Source of the DNA: Cyanobium sp. | Lineage (GTDB): Bacteria > Cyanobacteriota > Cyanobacteriia > PCC-6307 > Cyanobiaceae | NCBI GenBank assembly: GCA_044360135.1 | Contig: JBIKKX010000006.1 | Coordinates: 10,028-74,027, forward strand | DNA: 64,000 bases | Direction: 5' to 3' | In this document: positions 8,839 through 17,090 of the stretch, one piece after another | Numbering within the stretch: the first letter of the stretch is position 1 | Layout: each line of letters starts with the position of its first letter | The notes under the pieces: model-generated | Databases searched by the model: none | Seen by the model: the letters and a program-made list of their open reading frames with translations, nothing else | Told to the model about the DNA's origin: nothing | Translations under genes and position numbers: made by a program

Positions 8839-10256
8839 TGGCCACCACGATCCGCATCACCCTGCTGTCGGGCCGCTATGGCGCCACCCCCTGGGGCCGC
8901 AGCGAACATGAAGGCCAGGTGGAGTACCCGCCCTCACCCTGGCGCCTGCTGCGTGCCGTGCTCCATGGGGCCTTTGTCCTAAGCGGCACCCCCGGCCAGC
9001 TACCAGAGGGCACCGAGCCGTTGCTTGCTCTCCTGGCCCAGGAGCCACCGAGCTATCACCTGCCCTATGGGGAGTTCGGCCAGATCCGGGGCTTCCGGCC
9101 CGTCTACGGCAATGAACTGGTGCCTCCCCTCGAGACGTTCGGCGGCGGCTACAGCCAGGCCAAGGGGAAGCGGCGCTCCTTCATCGATTCCTTCCTGGAG
9201 CTGGGCCGGGGCGCTGCGCTGCATGTGAGCTGGCCGGTGGATCTTGCCGCCGAGCAGGAGCGGTTGCTGGGTGCCTGCCTGGCGGGGCTGAGCTACCTGG
9301 GCCGGGCGGAATACCCGGCGATCTGGCAGGTGGTGCCGTCGATGCCGGCGGCCAACTGCAGCCCCGATCCAACCGGAACCCTCTCGGTGCTCCACTGCGG
9401 CGGTGACGATCTGCTGGAGGGATTGCTGATGAATGCCCAGCAGGGGCGGCTGGAAGGCCGCCAGAACCTGCCGGGGCAGCGCTGGTTGACATACCGCTAC
9501 ACCCCCGAGCGACCGGCGGTGGTTGGCCATGGCTCCAGGGCAGCGGCGGTGAACCGGGCGCTCTATGCCTTCCTCTCGGACCACGCCATGCCGGCGACCG
9601 CCGGGATCGCCTGGACCGATCGGCTGCACCGGGCCCTGTTGCGCACGGCGCCGCGTTCCACGCTGTTTGCCGGGCTGGCCGGTGGCCAGCCGCTCGGGGA
9701 GGACCAGCGGGCCTGGTACTGCTGGCATCAGAGCGATGGGGCGATCAGCGCCCTGGAGGTGCTGAGCCCGCAGCCCTTCACCGAAGCGGAAATCGAGGCG
9801 TTGCAGAAGCTGCGCCGGCTCTATGGCCGGGGCGGGGTGGAGGTGCCGCTGCGGCTGATGCGGCTCGACCATGCCCCATTCGGTCGCCACCGGCAGTGGC
9901 GCACCACCACACCGATGCTGCTCTACACCACGCCACGGGAAGGGAAGCTGCAGCGCAGCCCGGCGGGCCAGGCGATTCAGTCGTTGCTGTGGGGCCTGGG
10001 GGAACAGGGCAAGATCGATCCCGCCCTGTACCGGGCCGAGGCTGACGACCTCTGCGTGGATCATCCCAGCCACGGGCGAATTGCGGCGCGGCTGCTGGAG
10101 GTGGTGGATGGGTCAGGCCTCAACGGCCGGGGTGACCGCAAGGCCGCTTCCGGGCTCGGCTTTCATCTGGAACTGATGGCCGAGCAGGGGATGCCCGCGA
10201 TCGGCATCGGCTGGGGTCGCCATTTCGGCGCCGGAAGGCTGGAGGCGGTGGCATGA
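8838..10256 (+). CDS. csb2: type I-G Cas5-Cas6 fusion (Csb2 / GSU0054 family)
   Basis: The N-terminus ITLLSGRYGATPWGRSEHEGQVEYPPSPWRLLRAVLHG closely matches the Csb2 hallmark ([28 protein letters not shown]). The start overlaps the csb1 stop (TGATG). Confidence 0.85.
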   Translation: MATTIRITLLSGRYGATPWGRSEHEGQVEYPPSPWRLLRAVLHGAFVLSGTPGQLPEGTEPLLALLAQEPPSYHLPYGEFGQIRGFRPVYGNELVPPLETFGGGYSQAKGKRRSFIDSFLELGRGAALHVSWPVDLAAEQERLLGACLAGLSYLGRAEYPAIWQVVPSMPAANCSPDPTGTLSVLHCGGDDLLEGLLMNAQQGRLEGRQNLPGQRWLTYRYTPERPAVVGHGSRAAAVNRALYAFLSDHAMPATAGIAWTDRLHRALLRTAPRSTLFAGLAGGQPLGEDQRAWYCWHQSDGAISALEVLSPQPFTEAEIEALQKLRRLYGRGGVEVPLRLMRLDHAPFGRHRQWRTTTPMLLYTTPREGKLQRSPAGQAIQSLLWGLGEQGKIDPALYRAEADDLCVDHPSHGRIAARLLEVVDGSGLNGRGDRKAASGLGFHLELMAEQGMPAIGIGWGRHFGAGRLEAVA

Positions 10257-10435
10257 GCGCGCACCGCTGCCGATCGCTACAAACCCCCCTCACGCCGTGG
10301 AGCTGCGCGCTTCATTGCGGCGCAGGGGTTCTGGGCTGTTTGCAGCTCGTTGCCGAAGCAGCTGTCGGCCCCCAAACTGGTGCTGCGCGCCAATGGCCCT
10401 CAAGCCCTTGCAGCACCTTGCCTCTTGAGGGCCGG
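10257..10435 (+). promoter_or_regulatory. putative CRISPR leader
   Basis: Placed upstream of the best-conserved repeats, while the degenerate repeats sit at the far end. The repeat 3' end GTTGAAAC gives a + orientation. The leader is unusually G+C-rich and contains an 8-bp-stem hairpin CCCTCAAG-N19-CTTGAGGG at 10397-10431. Confidence 0.5.
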
Positions 10436-11518
10436 GTTCCGGATGGCTTTGCTATCCGGGGAAGTTGAAACAAGGACTTCATCGGCCGCCATTGCGGCAA
10501 TGGAGTCGGTGGGTTCCGGATGGCTTTGCTATCCGGGGAAGTTGAAACCACGCCATACGGCACGCCATGAGTTAGCCGCAACCCGTTCCGGATGGCTTTG
10601 CTATCCGGGGAAGTTGAAACTGGGCCGATCTCACCGCCATTGCCCAGCACAACGCGTTCCGGATGGCTTTGCTATCCGGGGAAGTTGAAACCTGCCAGCC
10701 TGCCCGCTCCCGCCGGTCATTGAGACAATTGTTCCGGATGGCTTTGCTATCCGGGGAAGTTGAAACGAGGTTGGATCCACCACCAAGACCATCAGCAACG
10801 CGGTTCCGGATGGCTTTGCTATCCGGGGAAGTTGAAACCAGGCATAGAAAAATCCCCGGCCAGTCACTGCAGCCGTTCCGGATGGCTTTGCTATCCGGGG
10901 AAGTTGAAACACCGACAAGCCGGTGGATGACGCCCTGCTGAACCTCGCCGGTTCCGGATGGCTTTGTTATCCGGGGAAGTTGAAACACCCAGCCCATTGT
11001 GATTCTGGCCGATCCCCCGGCTCGAGGTTCCGGATGGCTTTGCTATCCGGGGAAATTGAAACGAGACCATCAACGACCTCGATGGGTGGCTGGTCAACAC
11101 CTGTTCCGGATGGCTTTGCTATCCGGGGAAGTTGAAACTGCTGGTAGACCTCTCCGGCCAGGGCGCCGTGGATGTGGTTCCGGATGGCTTTGCTATCCGG
11201 GGAAGTTGAAACAACGCCTCAGTGACCGCCTCAATAACCCCGAAGTTCTAAGTTCCGGATGGCTTTGCTATCCGGGGAAGTTGAAACCACAACGGCACCG
11301 CGATCGCCTTCTGCTGCTCCGTGGCCCAGTTCCGGATGGCTTTGCTATCCGGGGAAGTTGAAACAAGGGCATGACGGTGTATAAGGGAATCGATCACAAG
11401 GTGGTTCCGGATAGCTTTGCTATTCGGGGAAGTTTAATCAATCTTGGATCCGAGGTGATTCCCCTGCGGTGTCTGTCGGCAGGTTCCAGATGGCTTTGCT
11501 ATTCAGGAAGTGGTCACC
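10436..11518 (+). CRISPR. CRISPR array: 13 conserved plus 2 degenerate terminal 36-nt repeats, 14 spacers
   Basis: Repeat GTTCCGGATGGCTTTGCTATCCGGGGAAGTTGAAAC. Repeat starts: 10436, 10513, 10585, 10656, 10731, 10803, 10875, 10951 (C17T), 11027 (G29A), 11103, 11177, 11252, 11329, 11404 (degenerate) and 11483 (strongly degenerate). The repeat folds into a 9-bp stem (CCGGATGGC/GCTATCCGG, one G-T wobble) with a TTT loop, followed by an 11-12-nt tail ending in the conserved GTTGAAAC motif. Spacers are unique and 35-41 nt long (43 nt for the last one). Confidence 0.97.
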
Positions 11519-11708
11519 AGGATTCACCCGCAGCTGCCCACCCCTCAACCCCACGCCGTTCTGGATAGCATTGCAGGCTGGAGAAAGCTGGATTACCATT
11601 GCCCAAGAGAAGGCTTTGCAATCCCTGTGGCGAGTTTGCGCCATCCTTCAAAGACCCTCTATTCGCACTGGCCTTGTATTGGCTCGTCTGTGCCCTTTAG
11701 AACTTGCA

Positions 11709-13721
11709 ATGGAAACCAATCTCACCAGCAGCCCACTTTCCAGCTACCTCTCTGCCCTGGGGTTGCTCAAGATTGCTTCCACCCAGCTTCCCCACAGCGC
11801 TGCAAGGGGATTCTGGCGCCAAGGCCGGTTCCAGCTGGATCTCTCCCTCTCCCGGTCAGACCTGAGCGAGTTTCTGGCCAGCCATTACCAGCCATCGCCT
11901 TGCCTGACGCCATGGAACAAACCCAAAAGCGGTGGGCCCGGCTTTCTCGAAGGCCAGGCGCCCGCCGCCATCGAGGCGTTGAGTGATTCGCGCTTTGACG
12001 AACTGCGACGGGTGGCCGCCCTGGCGGCGCAGGTGATGCCCCAGTTCGTCGAAGGCGGCAAGGTGAAAGGCGATGCCAAGCGGCTGGCCTTTGAAGCCCT
12101 GAGCCGAGACGTCCAGAGCGATGCCTTCGCCGCCTGGCTGCAGATCTGCGCGGTTGCAGGCGTTGATGCCAAGGGGAAGCCCTATGTCCGCTATCCGGCC
12201 CTGCTCGGCGGCACCGCCGGCTTTCTGGCAGCCGACTTCGGCGATCAGTTCGTGGCCTCCCTCGCCGTTGCCAATACCCAACACTTCGAAGCCGCGATCT
12301 TTGGATCCAGCGCACGGCATGTGCTGGTCAAAGCGGGCAATAGCCTGATCTATGACCCCGCCGGCCGCGGCGATGGGCAGCAGGGTTATCGCATCGCCAT
12401 CAGCGATGTGCAGACCACCACCGCCAATCCGGCCGAACTGATCCTGTTGGCCGAGGGCATGGCTTTCTTCCAGGGTTACGTCACCACGGTTCAGCAAGAG
12501 GGCAAGGAAGAGGAAGGCGCCCGCCAGGCCAGCTTTACCCTCGCCGTGGTCCACAACTCCTCCGCTCATGCCTCCAACAGCTGGCTGGAGAACGACGGGC
12601 AGCCTGCCGAAGAGCTGTGGTGTCCGCTTTGGGAGGAACCCGTGACTTTCCAGGAGCTACGCGACGAACTGGCCCGCGTTGCCCTGCTGCCTCTGCCGCG
12701 TCAGCTCCGCACTGGCACCGACTTCGCGCTGTTCGCCTCCCAGCTGGGCCGCCGCCATGGCCTCTCGGCCTTTGCCCGATACTGCTTCCCTCCCCGCGTG
12801 GGGCAGGGCACCAAGATCCCGTCGCTGATTGAAGTCTTCCCCCTTCACGACGGCCAGGAAGATCGCAGCGATGCCCTGGCAGGTGTCGCCGGATTCGCGT
12901 CCACCCTGCGCTGGCGGGCCGCCGATCGCTCCATCCCCACCAGCTACCGCAACAGTGCCGAACGGGTGGTGGCCGAACTTGAGGCCCTCTCAGGCGGTGG
13001 CGGTTCGTTCGCCACCCTTCTGCGGCACCTGGTGGCCTGGCGGCGGCAGGAAGACCTCATGCCCGATGCCGATCGGCTGCAGCGCTTTCGCCTGGGAAGA
13101 CGGGAGCTGCCACCCCAATGGTTCAGCCTCCTGGGACGGGAACTCGATGGCCCGGAATGGCGACTCGCCCTCGCCCTTGGAACCGGCCAGGGTCTACCCA
13201 CCCATCTGCTCAGGGCGACGCGAACCCCAGGCAGCAAGCCCAACGACAAGACGACCAGGGAGCAGCACCGGAACCAGCGCCTCACCCCGCTGGCAACCGG
13301 ACGCCCCTATGCCGGCCTGGCCGATGTGCTGCTGCTGCTGGAGGGACGGGTGGATGCCGAACTGGTGGACGATCTCACCTTGGCTGTCGCCTGGATCGAA
13401 CGCCGCGGCCTGCCCAAACTGCCGCCACCGGACACCCACCTCCCCTGGCTCCCGCCCGACTACCTCGCCGGGCTGCTCCTGAACCAATGGCACTTCGAGG
13501 CCCACAGCCCCGTGGAAGGCGACCGTGCCCGCTGGCGGGAGCTGTTGCTGGCCGGCCGTCCCGAGGAGGCCATGGAGGTGGCACTGCACCGCCTGCGGGT
13601 GGCTGAGGTGGTCAGTTGGGCGTGGCCGGCGATGGCAGCCAGTGATCCACACCGGCTGCTGCGGGCGGTGGAGGTGCCGGTGCATCCGCGCACCCTGGGC
13701 AGGGCGAAGGCTGGGGGGTGA
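11709..13721 (+). CDS. csx17: type I-G large subunit Cas8g/Cas8u2 (Csx17 family)
   Basis: From the ATG at 11709, METNLTSSPLSSYLSALGLLKIAS...ARGFWRQGRFQLDL...LTPWNKPKSGGPGF matches the Csx17 N-terminal pattern (PLxxYLKALGxLRL...xGxW...F.L...PWNGGSGF). The track ORF starting at 11469 runs through the degenerate repeats, so that extension is rejected. Confidence 0.8.
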   Translation: METNLTSSPLSSYLSALGLLKIASTQLPHSAARGFWRQGRFQLDLSLSRSDLSEFLASHYQPSPCLTPWNKPKSGGPGFLEGQAPAAIEALSDSRFDELRRVAALAAQVMPQFVEGGKVKGDAKRLAFEALSRDVQSDAFAAWLQICAVAGVDAKGKPYVRYPALLGGTAGFLAADFGDQFVASLAVANTQHFEAAIFGSSARHVLVKAGNSLIYDPAGRGDGQQGYRIAISDVQTTTANPAELILLAEGMAFFQGYVTTVQQEGKEEEGARQASFTLAVVHNSSAHASNSWLENDGQPAEELWCPLWEEPVTFQELRDELARVALLPLPRQLRTGTDFALFASQLGRRHGLSAFARYCFPPRVGQGTKIPSLIEVFPLHDGQEDRSDALAGVAGFASTLRWRAADRSIPTSYRNSAERVVAELEALSGGGGSFATLLRHLVAWRRQEDLMPDADRLQRFRLGRRELPPQWFSLLGRELDGPEWRLALALGTGQGLPTHLLRATRTPGSKPNDKTTREQHRNQRLTPLATGRPYAGLADVLLLLEGRVDAELVDDLTLAVAWIERRGLPKLPPPDTHLPWLPPDYLAGLLLNQWHFEAHSPVEGDRARWRELLLAGRPEEAMEVALHRLRVAEVVSWAWPAMAASDPHRLLRAVEVPVHPRTLGRAKAGG

Positions 13722-13798
13722 GAGCGCAACCGGGGGCGTCCATCACCACCACGGCGCATCGGTCTCAGGGCTGCAACGCCAAGAGCTCAGTGGGCAGA

Positions 13799-13828
13799 GT
13801 GTCAGAAATTCGCGTAGACATCTGACAC
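13799..13828. promoter_or_regulatory. perfect inverted repeat GTGTCAGA-N14-TCTGACAC, candidate operator
   Basis: Read directly from the sequence. It ends 21 nt upstream of the ATG (13850) of the wHTH/AbiEi-like gene. AbiEi-type regulators are known to autoregulate through inverted repeats in their promoters. Confidence 0.5.
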
Positions 13829-13849
13829 AACAGGACCCATCCAGTCGCC

Positions 13850-14482
13850 ATGGCTGTTCCCAGGCGGAAAACCGTGCTGAGCGAACGGATCCTTGAAGCT
13901 GCCGGCAGGCGTCCGGAGGGATCGCTGCTGGCGGCCAAGCAGTTCTTGGCGCTGGGCAAACGGGATGCCGTGGATCAGGCCCTGCGGCGCCTGACAGCCC
14001 GCGGCGAGCTCGTCAAGATCACCCGCGGCCGTTACGCCCTGCCCGTGCGCAGTCGCTTCGGCACCCGACCGCCGTCGCCGGAGCTGGTGATCGCCCAGCT
14101 CAACCAGGAGGGCGCTCAGCAGCTGGTCAGCAGCGGCGCCACCGCGGCCAACGCCCTGGGCCTCACCACCCAGATGCCCGTGCAGCAGACCTTCCTGGCC
14201 CGGATCAGGAGCCAGAAGCGCTACGTCTTCGGAAAGCAGCAGGTCATGATCCGCCCGGCAGCCGCCTGGAACTTCCTTCTGCCCGATCGCCCCGCCGGCC
14301 AGGCGATCCGCGCACTCGCCTGGCTCGGCCCGGATCAGGCCGCAGCGGCCCTGCCAGAGCTGCGCCGCGTGCTGCCACCGCAGGAGTGGGAGGCCCTGCT
14401 CTCCGTTCGTGCCGAGCTGCCCCTGTGGCTGGCGAAGGTGCTGAGCGGACAGGCGCTGGAGCCGCAGGTGGCTCGTGGCTGA
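13850..14482 (+). CDS. DUF6088 / AbiEi-antitoxin-like winged-helix protein, with no cognate AbiEii nucleotidyltransferase nearby
   Basis: FLALGKRDAVDQALRRLTARGELVKITRGRYALP fits the AbiEi N-terminal wHTH pattern. SSGATAANALGLTTQMPVQQTFLA fits the G-x-AxNxLGLTTQVP pattern of the DUF6088 family. Confidence 0.65.
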   Translation: MAVPRRKTVLSERILEAAGRRPEGSLLAAKQFLALGKRDAVDQALRRLTARGELVKITRGRYALPVRSRFGTRPPSPELVIAQLNQEGAQQLVSSGATAANALGLTTQMPVQQTFLARIRSQKRYVFGKQQVMIRPAAAWNFLLPDRPAGQAIRALAWLGPDQAAAALPELRRVLPPQEWEALLSVRAELPLWLAKVLSGQALEPQVARG

Positions 14483-14603
14483 GGCTTGGTTCGTTCTTCC
14501 AGCGGGGGATCGACCGGAAGTCCTGGCAGTTGCTGCTGGCGAATCCGGCTGACTTGACTCTCGGCCCAGTAACTGCTAAAGATTCAACAAGGCCCTTCTT
14601 AAT

Positions 14604-15398
14604 ATGCGTCCAATGACAAAAGATGGTGACAGGGAGGAGTTAATAATTTCAAAGTGGAAGCTTGTTCGCTCGGCAATAGAACACGAGAATACGCTGAAAA
14701 GCCAGCGAATAACATGGTTTTTGGCGACTCAGGTTTTTCTCTTTGCGGGTTTCACTCAGGTCTAAATTGAAGCGGTAAAGAACTCATCGTATTTCGGCAG
14801 TATCAAAATTGCTGTTATTCTGTCTCTTGCATGCGCGCTTGGGTTCGCCACCTCGCTGCTTGCATGGGCAAATGTGAAGGCTGCGCAGAAGGCTATTTCT
14901 CGTCTTCAAAACTGGTGGCTGATCCACTACTCTCCCCTGAAAGAAAATGACATCGAAGAGGAATGGACAAAACTGATTAAATACGGCGCAGGGGAAGGCA
15001 GATTTCCTCCAATCAATGGGATTTTCACGAAAAATTTCTATCGCCATTTAGATGAGAAGCAACTTCCCGCCCTCATTGCATGGGCATGGTTGCTGCTACT
15101 TGGGAGTACCGTCGGTTTCTTCTTGAATAAGCGGCTAGGGTGGAATGCCTTGTGCTACTTCGTGCTGCCGCTCTTGTTCGGCGCTTGTGCCGTGGTCATG
15201 GTCTATCTACTTGCGCGGCACTTGTTCAGGCAGGAAAGCAAGAAATCTCTCGGAGACCTTAAGGAGTATCACCCTAAAACTCTGGCTTCAAAAAAAAGGG
15301 AGCCCGCTCAAGAAGCCCAAGCACCACTCCTGTCTCAACAGCAGGGCTCTGCGCCAAAGCAAAACCCACCAGCCGACCACCAGCAGCCAGGGCTATGA
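14604..15398 (+). pseudogene. multi-TM membrane protein reading frame interrupted by one in-frame TAA (14763-14765)
   Basis: An ATG at 14604 opens a 53-codon ORF too short for the track (MRPMTKDGDREELIISKWKLVRSAIEHENTLKSQRITWFLATQVFLFAGFTQV*). The same frame continues as IEAVKNSSYFGSIKIAVILSLACALGFATSLLAWANV into track ORF 14874-15398. The TM helix between 14766 and 14873 has no start codon of its own. G+C is visibly low. Confidence 0.45.
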
Positions 15399-15961
15399 AT
15401 AGCTGAGGGCCACGTCCCTTGATGTGGTGAAAAAAACCAGGCCCATATACCCTGATTCGAGGTTGAACAGGTATGGATGACTGGTGGTCATCAGGGAGGC
15501 GCAGATACACCTCTGTAAGGAACGATGAATCGTGACAAATGAGTTGTCAAGTCTCTCTTCCGCGTCTTGAGGTTTGGAGGTCGGGAGGAGCTGTTCAGCC
15601 CCGGGGTTGTAGCGGCAAACCCCAGTGTTTGCCATATGACCGGCCCACGCGGGCACAGGGGAAATTATCAAGAGAAGGCGGGCCGTCCGACCCACGATCA
15701 GGCAGCCCATGCCGGCCAAGACTTCCAGCACTGAACCAAGCCCAGCAGGCGGGGCAGGCGGCTGCGGGGGGCGAGGCCAGGCCCAGGACTGGAGGCGATA
15801 GACCAGCACGGCGGCCAGCGGCACGTCCGCCAGCACAGCATCCGTGGCGGGGTTGGGCATCGCCAGGGCCGGAGTGATGGTTCCCCTGAAATTGTCCCCA
15901 CGGCCGGACAGCGGGCCTCCTGATACGAAAACATGCGAAATGGGGCGCTAGTTGCTCAGGC

Positions 15962-16438
15962 ATGCTATGGCTACTCTGGTATTCATTGCTTTCTTCTATG
16001 GCGATCAATCCAGAAGCACTGCGTCAGGCTAGTCAGAAGGTGTCCCTTGCTGGCGGTTTCTGCCAGCTCAGCGGCGCATTGTTGGTTGTAACAGGTGGCG
16101 TGCTGACCTTGGCCACGGTGCTCGGTGGTGGAGGTTTATACGGCTTACTTTTTGGAGGCTCAGCATCTTTTTTGCTAGCGCTTGCAGGGGCCCCTGTAGC
16201 TGCATTAGGGAGCATTGCCAACAGCCAGAAAGCATCCAAGGAAATGCTGCTGCTGTACATCAGGGATAGCGTTGCTGAGCAGCCAAGGCGGCGTCCACTA
16301 GATCGATGGAGTCGTTGGGAGCCTGAAAGTGACCTTGATCAAACCGATTACATCGAAGAACCGGAACCGGAAAATCTCCAAATCAACAGAGAGGGAGCAA
16401 ACACCCCGCCACCTCCGCCTCCACCCCCGCGTAGGTGA
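15962..16438 (+). CDS. hypothetical small membrane protein: 2 glycine-rich TM helices, an acidic linker and a poly-proline tail
   Basis: Low-G+C ORF. The TM segments are GALLVVTGGVLTLATVLGGGGLYGLLFGG and SFLLALAGAPVAALGSI. The C-terminus is TPPPPPPPPRR. An alternative start is MAINPE at 15998. Confidence 0.4.
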   Translation: MLWLLWYSLLSSMAINPEALRQASQKVSLAGGFCQLSGALLVVTGGVLTLATVLGGGGLYGLLFGGSASFLLALAGAPVAALGSIANSQKASKEMLLLYIRDSVAEQPRRRPLDRWSRWEPESDLDQTDYIEEPEPENLQINREGANTPPPPPPPPRR

Positions 16439-16498
16439 AGGCATCAGGGAGCCAAGGGGTCAGCAGAAGGGCATCAGGAGGGTTCTCAGGGGCGGACA

Positions 16499-16834
16499 TC
16501 ACCCCAGCAGCAGACTCCTTGCAGACTCTGCCTTCTCGCGGGCAGCATCCTGATCGAGGTGACGCTCCAGGGTCGCCATGCTGCTGGCGTCCGCTGATCT
16601 CGGCCACCTCGCGCAAGCTCAGCCCGGCCTGGTGTGTGGTGTTTAGGGCGCTGCGGTGGAAACTGTGGCTGCTCACTCCGGCGATGCCCACCTTCTCGGC
16701 CAATTTGCTGATAGCGGTCTGGGCGCCGCGGATGCTCAAAGGCTGGCCTGCTCCAGCACGGACTCCGCATCGGCAGGGATCACGCGACCTGCCATCGCGC
16801 CATCGAGCTTCAGGATGATCGGGCGACTCAGCAT
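16499..16834 (-). pseudogene. decayed tyrosine recombinase (phage-type integrase), C-terminal fragment with frame disruptions
   Basis: The minus-strand translation GIAGVSSHSFHRSALNTTHQAGLSLREVAEISGRQQ fits the integrase box II region (HxxR...G). After a +1 shift it continues MATLERHLDQDAAREKAESARSLLLG*. An upstream piece, SRPIILKLDGAMAGRVIPADAESVLEQASL*, lies in a third frame. No N-terminal domain is present. Confidence 0.6.
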
Positions 16835-17043
16835 TGTGCTGAGCCGCGAAACCCTGGATCAGGCCTTATGGGGCATCGCGCCTCAGGATCTGAACCTCGG
16901 GTGTTCCAAGTGGCTGGGGGTTGACCGTGCCAGGTCACGTGCCCCCCAGGGCCTGTCTCGTTCCGCTCTGTGCCGCCGAGGCCGCGGCCGGTTCAAACAT
17001 GCACCCAGTTCCGCGCCCACATCGGCCTCCAGGCCCCAACACG

Positions 17044-17073
17044 AAAAAACCGCCTGGCCGAGAAGCCAGACGG
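17044..17073 (-). terminator. rho-independent terminator downstream of tRNA-Ala
   Basis: On the minus strand the hairpin CCGTCTGGC-TTCTCG-GCCAGGCGG (9-bp stem, one mismatch) is followed directly by TTTTTT. Confidence 0.55.
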
Positions 17074-17090
17074 TGACAGGGTTCTGAGGA

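Larger units (their letters stand above)
5486..17090. mobile_element. putative tRNA-Ala-associated genomic island (CRISPR-Cas I-G, wHTH gene, low-G+C cassette, integrase remnant); left boundary tentative
   Basis: An integrase remnant lies next to the 3' end of tRNA-Ala. In the same orientation, TGGAGCCGGCCGTAGGCGAATC at 5486-5507 matches the tRNA 3' end TGGAGCCAAGCGGACTCGAACC at 16 of 22 positions, including the first 7. It sits in the intergenic gap just before cas3. Confidence 0.35.

Noticed and set aside
5549-10073. Long antisense ORFs inside cas3 and csb2 (5549-7000 minus, 7290-8036 minus, 7510-8109 minus, 9000-10073 minus) and many shorter overlapping ones
   Set aside because: Their Arg/Pro/Gly/Ala-rich composition is typical of out-of-frame or antisense translation of high-G+C coding DNA. 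The sense strand carries clear Cas motifs.
10397-10431. Hairpin CCCTCAAG-N19-CTTGAGGG just before the first repeat, considered as a csb2 terminator
   Set aside because: The loop is large and no U-tract follows. A terminator here would also block array transcription from the operon. It is kept only as a note within the leader feature.
10621-10655. Possible self-targeting of spacer 3, which shares the 12-mer GATCTCACCGCC with 50645-50656
   Set aside because: The identity is only 12 nt with divergent flanks, which fits a chance match in a 64-kb G+C-rich window.
10312-11644. About ten track ORFs on both strands across the array (for example 10312-10650, 10350-10688, 10572-10997, 10631-10918, 10663-10941, 10999-11361) with recurring peptides such as GSGWLCYPGKLK, FRMALLSGEVET, FQLPRIAKPSGT and VSTSPDSKAIRN
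   Set aside because: The recurring peptides are simply translations of the 36-nt CRISPR repeat in different frames. There is no independent coding evidence.
11469-11708. An 80-codon N-terminal extension of the csx17 ORF in the track
   Set aside because: It begins inside the last degenerate CRISPR repeat. The Csx17-like conserved N-terminus (PLSSYLSALGLLKIAS) follows directly after the ATG at 11709.
15393-15960. Track ORFs 15393-15860(-), 15539-15877(+) and 15595-16008(-) in the higher-G+C block between the two low-G+C genes
   Set aside because: They are mutually overlapping and have implausible composition with no motifs. The block may be a gene fragment, but no frame is convincing.
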